Below, piece after piece: positions 9,740 through 17,007 of a stretch of DNA of 64,000 nt. Made by a program: the position numbers and the translations under genes. The first letter of the stretch is position 1; every line of letters starts with the position of its first letter. Under the pieces are notes generated by a model. That model searched no databases. It was not told the DNA's origin and saw only the letters and a program-made list of their open reading frames with translations. The DNA is from Longimicrobiales bacterium (lineage in GTDB: Bacteria; Gemmatimonadota; Gemmatimonadetes; Longimicrobiales; Gaopeijiaceae), in the NCBI GenBank assembly GCA_965218325.1, contig CBDCKR010000002.1, positions 2,339,869 through 2,403,868 on the forward strand, written 5' to 3'.

Positions 9740-11640
9740 ATGTGAGGACCCGCTCATGCACTGCGGTGGACTGAAGCCGGCTCAGGAAGTTCCGGCCCAT
9801 ATCGCGCTCCATCCCACGCCTGAGCTCACGGCCCGCGAACCGGCCCCGGAAGCCCGAGGCTCTGGACGCCTCCAGACGCGCCTCCACCTGCTCCATCACG
9901 TGGAGCGCCGTGGCCCGCCCGAACCGCGCCAGCAGCGCGCGCGGCAGCGGGTCCCGGTTCTTGATCGTCCCGGTCGCCGTTCCGTCCGTGATCCGTGCGC
10001 CGGAGGCGTTGGACAGCGTCAGCGTCACCGTTTCCTCGCCCTCGTCGTGATCGTCGTCAAGCACCGCGACCGAGACGCTCTTCGACTGCTCGCCCGCCGC
10101 GAAGCGGAGCGTGCCGCTCGTGGCGGTGTAGTCCGCGCCCGCCGTGGCCGTGCCGTTCGATGTGGCGTAGTCCACCGTCACCGTGCCGCTCGCGGCGCGG
10201 TCCAGCGTGACCGCGAAGGCCAGCGCCGCGTGCGTGTTCTCGTCCACCCGCGCATCGGCGACCGCGATCCCCGCCGGGCCGTTGACCGTCGCCGACACGC
10301 TGCTCTCAAGACCGCGCCCGTCCGAGGTCTCCACCGCCCCGGCGGGCAGCCTGATGGATACAGCTCCGTTGCCGGACGGCTCAACCGTGATCGTCCAGCC
10401 CTGACTGCTGCCCTGCTGCTTGCGCTGCGCATTGCGTACATCGCCACCCGTCACCGCGAACGCCGCGTCCCGCAACGTCTTGAAGCTCAGCCCCGCCACG
10501 TCCTCGCTGAACGTCAGCCCGAACGTGAAGCGCTCCCCGGTGTGCTCACCCGGCACGCCGCTGAAACTCGCCGTCAGCGGATCGGAGGGCGGATCTCCCT
10601 CGCTGGCCGACGGTCCCTTCACCGTCGCCGACGGGGTGTTGGTCAGCGCCCGCGGCGTGTCCTCGCGGGTGCAGACGGCCCCGGTCGTGCCGCAGTCGCG
10701 GCCCCGGGGGAGCGTGATCGTCACGTTGTCCGCGCCCGATGGCTCGACCGTGATCTCCCACAGGTCGTGGCGCCCGTCGACGCGCCGTGCGCCGGTGACC
10801 GCGCCGCCCGTCGTCGTGAAGGACTCGTCGCGCAGCGTCTGGTAGCTGATCCCGATGTCCTCGCTGAAGGCGACCCGGACGCTGAAGGCGCTCTGCCCGT
10901 CGTGCGCCTCGGGCACGCCCTCGAAGCTCGCCGTGAGCGGTTCGGTGTTGCGGATTAAGCCCGTCGCCTGCGTGTCGGGGAGCGTCGCGCCCGTGGCATT
11001 GCTGAAGTTCAGATAGAACGTTTCGCCATTGTCACTCACCGCGTCGTCGATGATCCCGACAGCCACGATCTTCTTGGTCTCGCCCGGCGCGAAGGTGAGC
11101 GTGCCGCTCGTGGCGTCGTAGTCCTGACCTGCCCGTGCTCTCCTTGTCCCCGACGGGCGGTCCGCGGTCGCGTAATCCACCGTCACCGTGCCGGAAGACG
11201 GCGGATCGAGTTCCACCCCGAACGCCATGGGGCTGCGCCCCTCGTACCCGCTGCCGTCTCGCACCCTGAGTACTGAGGGGGCGGTCGAGAGGCCGCAGTC
11301 CACGGCGTTGGCCGACCCCACGGCCGGACAGTCGATCCGCAGGAACGTCTTGCCGGACGCCAACCACTCGTCGCCGACCACCTCAAGGGTGTAGGTGAAC
11401 GCAACGTCGTGGTCACTTTGGTTGTTGTTGTCGCTGGTGGAGGTCGGGTGTTGGACCGTGTACCTGTTGCCCCGGCTCAGCGGGTCGCCGAACCTGGTCT
11501 CCAGGTCACTGAGCGCCCAGGTCGTGTTACGCCTGCCACCCGACACCGTAACCCCGTACCCATCCGGCTGGTCCGGCAACGGCGTGCCGTCGATTGTGAT
11601 GTCGTTCCAGGTGATCTTGACGTTCCCGGCGCGGTAGCGT
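9740..11640 (-). pseudogene. Calx-beta repeat surface protein fragment, truncated at both ends
   Basis: Calx-beta motifs (GETKKIVAVGIIDDAVSDNGETFYLNFSNATGATL; GEQSKSVSVAVLDDDHDEGEETVTLTLSNASGARI). Two ~105-aa internal repeats (PLTASF.GVP..H.G..F.F...FSED..). No signal peptide or credible start. The tail is out of character after ~9740. Confidence 0.65.
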
Positions 11641-11862
11641 TTGGCGAACACGCTGGACCACGAAATCGGCCGCGAGATCGTCCGAATCGAGCAGGCCATC
11701 CGCGCCAAGGATGACCGGGTGCTCAAAGAGTATGGCGACCTGCAGGCCTGCCTCAAGCGGATCGTCGAGCTGAAGGACCTCCACCGATCCTCGACTCCAG
11801 GAACGATGATCCACGGCTTCGCGACATGGCGCTCGAGACGGCTCCCTGGAGGCGGATTTTGA
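11641..11862 (+). pseudogene. Copy B of the conserved ~70-aa C-terminal coding fragment
   Basis: ..DHEIGREIVRIEQAIRAKDDRVLKEYGDLQACLKRIVELKDLHRSSTPGTMIHGFATWRSRRLPGGGF*. About 60% identical to the C-terminus of the 19797..20126 ORF. Confidence 0.55.
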
Positions 11863-12166
11863 ACGCGGATCGGCGAGGGTGGGTGCTGATCGGCGAGTGC
11901 ACATCAGACAACGGGGTGCATGTGCACCGAAACGCCATTTCGATGTGCGCGCCAGCGCTCCCGTATGTGGCTGGCTGTCTTACAGTTGCGGCACGGCCGC
12001 CGGAGCGGCGACGCCGCTCCGGAGCTTTCGGCCGAAGAAGGGAGCGACCCCCCGGATTCGATGCCTCGATCGGCATCGCGGAGGGTTGGCATGTGCACAC
12101 GCATGCCACCCTCCGCCGGGGGTCGCTCCCCTCCAGCAATCCCTAGCGGGAAGGCCATCAAGCGCC
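11863..12166 (+). repeat. Structured repeat copy B (candidate ncRNA or recombination site)
   Basis: Hairpin GTGCACAT(11897)..ATGTGCAC(11927). Outer stem GGGAGCGACCCCCC(12040)/GGGGGTCGCTCCC(12130) encloses GGAGGGTTGGCATGTGCACACGCATGCCACCCTCC. Tail TCCAGCAATCCCTAGCGGGAAGGCC. Confidence 0.55.
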
Positions 12167-12345
12167 GCTGCGAGCGCGGCGTATCAACGAATCCGGCCGC
12201 CAGTCGCGGCTTTTCACCAGCTAGGTGGCTCGGCAAGTCGTCCCAGTGAGGTCGGCGTCGGCGCTCGACCAAGCCCGAAACTGCCCCGAGGTGGTTGAGG
12301 TTGCCGCCGATGCGCGCGACCTGCCGGCCGCGTGCGCGCCATGGC

Positions 12346-12438
12346 CTGCCGGAGCGCGGGCGTCCAGGGGATCGAAGGGGGCGGAGCCACCCTCGCCAGC
12401 CCCTGCCGGGGACCCGCGAAGCGTGGCCCCAAAGGGTA
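12346..12438 (+). repeat. GC-rich REP-like repeat, copy c
   Basis: CCGGAGCGCGGGCGTCCAGGGGATCGAAGGGGGCGGAGCCACCCTCGCCAGCCCCTGCCGGGGACCCGCGAAGCGTGGCCCCAAAGGGTA. Confidence 0.75.
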
Positions 12439-12811
12439 GGCTGGCTTGACCACCTTAGAGTGGCTCAAGCCAGCGCTGACGGACCTCCGTCACGCACCTC
12501 CAGGCACCGCCCGGAACAGCGTCCACCGGGCCGTTGCGGGCAAGCTCCTCCGCCTCGTTGCCACCAGTCTCGCGGGCGGCGAGGGCGAGTCCGTTCGCCT
12601 TGGCGATGGCGGCGACCTCTCCCGCGCCCCGCTTTCGTACCCCTCAGGGACGGGAGTTCGTCGATCTTGGGCGATCCTACGGCCCGGCAAGGCGCTTTGA
12701 AGGGCGAGGAGCAGCGCTATTCGCCCGAAAAGCAACGCAGAACGCAGCGTCCCGGCCCGGATGCATCGCCGGTCGAATGCCGAGAGGGTTTCTTCCACGG
12801 GCTGCCAGGAT

Positions 12812-13303
12812 TCATGACCCATGCACATGCGCGTGGACGGGAGTCGTCACGAAGTCGGGATGTCCGGACCCGATGGTACCATGCATGAGCTTGAAAGTCA
12901 CTCCCGTTTCACCCTCCGCGACGCCGTGTAGATGGCCACCGAACTCTCCCGGCGTATCCTGTTCGAACTCGGCAATCGATTCATCTTCGATATCCACCTC
13001 CAGGTAGAGCTCCTGGCCGAGAGTGATCGCATCGCCGTCATGATCGACAAATCGCACCGCGATGTGGGGCGTCTCCTCACCTGCATCGACCTCCATCTCG
13101 CCGACCCATCTCTGAGTCTCCCCATCGTAGGTGGCGATCACGAGGCCGCCCATGACCAGCTCGACTCCCTCGGGTTCCGCATGTTCCTCTTCGACCTCGG
13201 TCATCGACTCGCTGCAGCCGGCAAGCGTCAGGGCGAGAATGGCCGCCAATGCGGCCAGCGGGCTTCTGTAGCTCTTCGTGTTCATCTGTATTCTCGTGTT
13301 CAT
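12812..13303 (-). CDS. His-rich lipoprotein, possibly metal-binding
   Basis: AAGGAG RBS 7 nt before the ATG at 13303. Lipobox LALTLAGC. C-terminal HLHGVAEGE..KLMHGTIGSGHPDFVTTPVHAHVHGS. Confidence 0.6.
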   Translation of the reverse strand: MNTRIQMNTKSYRSPLAALAAILALTLAGCSESMTEVEEEHAEPEGVELVMGGLVIATYDGETQRWVGEMEVDAGEETPHIAVRFVDHDGDAITLGQELYLEVDIEDESIAEFEQDTPGEFGGHLHGVAEGETGVTFKLMHGTIGSGHPDFVTTPVHAHVHGS

Positions 13304-13313
13304 CTGTATTCTC
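13278..13313. repeat. Perfect 18-bp tandem duplication spanning the lipoprotein start codon
   Basis: GTGTTCATCTGTATTCTC occurs twice (13278-13295, 13296-13313). This duplicates the ATG and gives MNTRIQ-MNTKSY. Confidence 0.9.
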
Positions 13314-13503
13314 CTTCGATAGCTCTTGAGTTTTTCATTGTGTCGGTCAGCACCACGCCCTCGATCTCGCCTTCGTGCTCCGGCTCCTGCGATGATGCGG
13401 GTGCCGATAGCGCGGCGAGTCCGGCGATGGTTATGACGACGCCGGTACGGAGCAAGTCGAGCAGCGTTTTCTTCAATGGATGGCGGATTCGCTTTGGACG
13501 CAC
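13300..13503 (-). CDS. Small hypothetical exported protein
   Basis: ORF with hydrophobic segment VVITIAGLAALSAPASS. Its stop overlaps the start of the downstream lipoprotein gene. Confidence 0.3.
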   Translation of the reverse strand: MRPKRIRHPLKKTLLDLLRTGVVITIAGLAALSAPASSQEPEHEGEIEGVVLTDTMKNSRAIEGEYR

Positions 13504-13587
13504 GGTTCACGGATACGGGCCACCCGCGATAGGGTGACCAGACCGTGAAAGGACGGAAGGAGCGGGGCGCGGGCGCCCCGAGGCGCG

Positions 13588-13950
13588 TCAAGCGGTGGGC
13601 GGAGCCCTGGGAAAGACCGAACCGACCAGGACCCGCGCGATGGGGACTCGGTCAGCGTCTCGGTTCGCCTCGGGTAGTCGGAGGGGAGGCTCGCCTACCT
13701 GGGAAAGCGTGATCCCTTCCGAGACCCTGGCCTTGGAGAGCGATCGCACCACTTGGCAGAAGAAGTGCCCGTGATCGACGGCACAATCTGAATTTTCCGG
13801 CGATTCGATATGAACCGGTGACCCGAATAGCTCGATGTCGAGGATCGCATCGGCGGGACTCAGGCTGGCCGAAACGCCGATCTGAAGCGTGGCGATGCAC
13901 GAAATGCCCACCCGGCGCAGGTCCCATCTGCTCGATTGCCGGAAGAACAA
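13588..13950 (-). CDS. Hypothetical protein with Cys/His cluster
   Basis: ORF ..VHIESPENSDCAVDHGHFFCQVV.., upstream of the His-rich lipoprotein. No family recognised. Confidence 0.3.
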   Translation of the reverse strand: MFFRQSSRWDLRRVGISCIATLQIGVSASLSPADAILDIELFGSPVHIESPENSDCAVDHGHFFCQVVRSLSKARVSEGITLSQVGEPPLRLPEANRDADRVPIARVLVGSVFPRAPPTA

Positions 13951-14053
13951 GTGCCGCCGCCTTCAGAGTTTGAGAAGCGCGAGAACCTACGAAAATTAAA
14001 GCCGCTTTTCCTCGGTCGTCAAGTGCTCGAAGGCCACAAAGCCCGCGCACTCA

Positions 14054-14127
14054 TGGGCCCAGAGAGACTTGAACCCCCGACCGTCGGATTATGAGTCCGC
14101 TGCTCTAACCGCCTGAGCTATGGGCCC
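14054..14127 (-). tRNA. tRNA with CAT anticodon (Met, or Ile2 if lysidine-modified)
   Basis: GGGCCCATAGCTCAGGCGGTTAGAGCAGCGGACTCATAATCCGACGGTCGGGGGTTCAAGTCTCTCTGGGCCCA. The acceptor, D, anticodon (CTCATAA loop) and T arms (GGTTCAAGT) all pair. CCA is not encoded. Confidence 0.9.
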
Positions 14128-14159
14128 ATCTTAACGGTAACCGAAAGGTGAGCCGCCTG

Positions 14160-14795
14160 CTACAGGGTGCCGAACAGACGGTCGCCCCCGTCCCCGAGGC
14201 CTGGAAGGATGTAGCCACGCTTGTTGAGCCTGCGGTCGAGTGCCGCAGCGAATATGGGCACGTCAGGGTGCTCCATAGCCAGGCGGCCGGCTCCCTCGGG
14301 CGCCGCAATCAGACACATCAGTGCGATGTCGTGCGCCCCGCGTGCCTTCAGATCCGCGATAGAGGCACAGGCAGTGCCACCGGTTCCAAGCATCGGATCC
14401 ACCAGCAGAAAGCTGCACCGTTCGGCGTCGGGGGGCAGTTTTCCGTAGTAGCGCACGGGCTGCAGCGTCTCTTCGTTCCGATAGAAGCCCAGATGGCCCA
14501 CCCGCGCTCCCGGAATCAGCCGCAGCACTCCCTCGACCATGCCCAGCCCCGCCCTCAGGATCGGGACGACGACGATCCGGTCTTCGCGGATACGACGCGC
14601 CCGCGTCTCTTCGAGTGGTGTCGAGAAGGCCACCTCTTCGCCCCTCAGTCCTCGCAGGGCCTGGAAGGTCATCAGCAGCGTGATCTCCTCGACGAGTTCC
14701 CGCATCCGCTTCTGCCCGGTGCTCCGGTCCCGCACAAAGGACAGCTTGTGTTCGATGAGCGGATGCTCGACCACCTCGATTGTCAGCTCAGCCAT
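14160..14795 (-). CDS. upp: Uracil phosphoribosyltransferase
   Basis: ..VEHPLIEHKLSFVRD..VVVPILRAGLGM..LLVDPMLGTGGTA..YILPGLGDGGDRLFGT. Confidence 0.9.
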   Translation of the reverse strand: MAELTIEVVEHPLIEHKLSFVRDRSTGQKRMRELVEEITLLMTFQALRGLRGEEVAFSTPLEETRARRIREDRIVVVPILRAGLGMVEGVLRLIPGARVGHLGFYRNEETLQPVRYYGKLPPDAERCSFLLVDPMLGTGGTACASIADLKARGAHDIALMCLIAAPEGAGRLAMEHPDVPIFAAALDRRLNKRGYILPGLGDGGDRLFGTL

Positions 14796-14805
14796 TCCAT
14801 CTCCT

Positions 14806-15528
14806 CTAGCGACGCGACCGGCCGCGGCCCCCTCGCCGGATCAGGGCGCGCGCCTCCGCAAGTTCCGATGTGTGCGCCGGCCTCCAGATGCCGGGCTTCA
14901 GTTTTCCCAGACGGAAGGGGCCGAAGCGCGTGCGTACGAGTTCCACCACCGGATGCCCCACCGCCTTCAGCAGCCGCCGCACCTCCCGCTTTCGGCCTTC
15001 CGCCAGGACCAGCCTCACACCCCAATCCTCTGCGCCGAATCGGACCTTGCGGACCGACCTGGGCCGCGCAAAGCCGTCTTCCAGCTCGATGCCATGCCTC
15101 AGCGACCGCAGCCCCCGGGCTGTTATCTGCCCGGCCACCATCTCGACGCCCCCGCTGGGATGAGCCAACGCGAACCCCATGTCCCCGTCGTTGGTGAGGA
15201 GCAGCAGCCCCGAAGTATCGCGATCGAGTCGACCCACGTAGCGCAGCGATCGTGCCGAGTTGGGGCGGAGGGCGTAGATCGTCTCGCCGCCGTGAGGATC
15301 GCCACGGGTGCAGAGAACTCCACGCGGCTTGTGGAAGACGATCCACCGCCGCGGCGCGACTTCCACCACACGCCCATCCAGCATCACGGTGTCGACGCCC
15401 GGGGTCACGAGCGTCCCCATGACGGTGACTGGCACGCCGTTTACCGCGATCCGGCCATCGCGCATCAGGACTTCGGCCTGACGGCGCGACGCCGCCCCTG
15501 CCCGGGAGATGTACTTCTGGACCCGCAT
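14806..15528 (-). CDS. rluB: Pseudouridine synthase, RsuA/RluB family (S4 domain plus catalytic domain)
   Basis: MRVQKYISRAGAASRRQAEVLMRDGRIAVNG.. (S4 domain) and ..YVGRLDRDTSGLLLLTNDG.. (catalytic Asp motif). Start is the internal ATG at 15528. Confidence 0.85.
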   Translation of the reverse strand: MRVQKYISRAGAASRRQAEVLMRDGRIAVNGVPVTVMGTLVTPGVDTVMLDGRVVEVAPRRWIVFHKPRGVLCTRGDPHGGETIYALRPNSARSLRYVGRLDRDTSGLLLLTNDGDMGFALAHPSGGVEMVAGQITARGLRSLRHGIELEDGFARPRSVRKVRFGAEDWGVRLVLAEGRKREVRRLLKAVGHPVVELVRTRFGPFRLGKLKPGIWRPAHTSELAEARALIRRGGRGRSRR

Positions 15529-15541
15529 GGGGGCGGAGGCC

Positions 15542-16095
15542 CTACCCTTTCGCACTCGCAGGTTCCCCAAGCGGTGTCCCTTCGCGGAGCACGACCGGCA
15601 GCTCCTCGGGACGCGGCAGGTCGTCGAGCGAGGCAAACCCGAAGTGCTCCATGAACCGGCCGGTGGTCCCGTAGAGGACCGGGCGCCCAACCCCGTCCCC
15701 GCGCCCCACCGCCTCGATCAGGCCGCGATCGAGCAGTGTACGGATCACCCCCGTGGAATTGACGCCCCGGATGTACTCCATCTCCACCCGGCTGATCGGC
15801 TGTCTGTAGGCCACGATCGCCAGGGCCTCGAGCGCGGGGCCCGAAAGGCGCGATGTCTTCGGCACCGTATCGAAGCGTTCCAGATAGGGCGCGAACTCCG
15901 GCCGCGTCATGAGCCGTCGGCCACCTCACGCAGTTCGAAGGCTCGGCCAGACCGGTCGTATTCGCCCTGAAGGGCCGCGAGGGCCGCCTCGACCCGGTCC
16001 TCGTCCAGCGTCTCGTCAGCCCGCGCGATGTCGCCGGGCGCGAGCGGCGCGTCACTCGCAAAGAGGATCGCTTCCACGATGCTGGCGTCGTTCAT
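15542..16095 (-). CDS. scpB: Segregation and condensation protein B, interrupted by a frameshift at ~15907-15910
   Basis: N-terminal part MNDASIVEAILFASDAPL..FELREVADGS* (15907..16095). C-terminal part MTRPEFAPYLERF..LEALAIVAYRQPISRVEMEYIRGVNS.. (15542..15910) is in another frame. Confidence 0.75.
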
Positions 16096-16230
16096 CCCGG
16101 CGCCCCTTGATGTTGTTCGGGAGCAGCTGGGCCGCCGTCGGTGCCGGAAGCACCAGCCACGTCGGGATCGCCACCGCCCACCCCTGCGTTCGGCCCGCGA
16201 TAGATCCACAGCGGCGCGAACGGCTCCGTC
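16092..16230 (-). pseudogene. scpA: Possible scpA 3' remnant
   Basis: ..AAVLGFVNSILRARVTAATMRSTEPFAPLWIYRG resembles the ScpA C-terminus. No FEGPLDLL-type N-terminus is found upstream in any frame. Confidence 0.3.
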
Positions 16231-16910
16231 GACCTCATCGTCGCCGCGGTGACGCGGGCGCGCAGGATCGAGTTCACGAAACCCAGGACCGCTGCCGGGG
16301 CGCGCTGATCGGCGCAGGCTCCTAGGAGGCGGATAGATGTCGCAGCGCGTTGCGCACAGGGGCTCGGCGGTATGCAACCGGAAGTCGCGCTTGTTCCTGT
16401 CGCCGTTGAACCGCTGGCCCGGGACCGAGCGGAAGCCCTCGTCCCCCTCTTCGCTACTCCGCTAGATGAAGTGCCGAACCAGCTCATCAGGCGCCGTCCT
16501 CAGACGGTGGTCGTGGAGGCGAAGTGCCGGACGGTCCTGCCGGTGTCTGCCGGGGGGACCGTGCGCAGGTTGGTGTAAGGCGAGGTCAACTCTCTCGTGG
16601 CCAGCGAACCGAGCGACTCGGCCCTTGAGGGGTGCGGGTTCAGTCCGTTTGTTCATGGGGTAATAATAGCAGGGAAGGCGCCAGCAAGCCCGGCTAAGGG
16701 CGAGGGGAGACGTACCGGGCATTCGGAGGGACGGTCTGCCGGTCCTCGCCCCCGGAAGGCTTAGGCCGCGAGGGCAAGATCGGAGTTCGGGAGACCAGTC
16801 GGTTGCGGAACTGGTGGCATGAGGCGTACCGAACGGCTCGAAGGATCCATCCGAAGTCCTCGAACGGCGTCGAAATCAACCGTCCGGTTTCCCGCCTTTC
16901 ACTACTATAT

Positions 16911-17007
16911 TCCGGCCATTTCGGGACGGTTCATTCGGATGTCTTCCAACGGCAAGAGTGGCAGATCGTGCAACCCTGATTGAACTTACGTGATTTTTGC
17001 CGTGATT
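16911..17007 (+). repeat. Hairpin repeat family, copy 2
   Basis: ..ACGGCAAGAGTGGCAGATCGTGCAACCCTGATTGAACTTACGTGATTTTTGCCGTGATT is the reverse complement of copies 1 and 3. It supplies the TTG 'start' of the truncated 16980 ORF. Confidence 0.7.

Noticed and set aside
12040-12130. tmRNA, tRNA-like or group II intron domain V identity for the structured repeat (copy B contains GGATTCGA, reminiscent of the tmRNA 5' end)
   Set aside because: GGATTCGA is absent from copies A and C. There is no T-arm or acceptor/CCA context and no 34-nt domain-V-type hairpin with an AGC triad. The REP core GGGGATCGAAGGGGGC likewise does not form a T-arm.
11641-12166. Diversity-generating retroelement (template/variable repeat) as the explanation for the three C-terminal fragment copies
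   Set aside because: There is no reverse transcriptase in the window. The copies differ throughout, not at adenine-specific positions, and the non-coding part is conserved as well.
16462-16722. ORF MNKRTEPAPLKGRVARFAGHERVDL.. (ATG 16646, preceded by an AT-rich stretch) as the missing scpA N-terminus
   Set aside because: It lacks the ScpA FEGPLDLLL-type motif in any frame. Identity unknown, so it is left unannotated.
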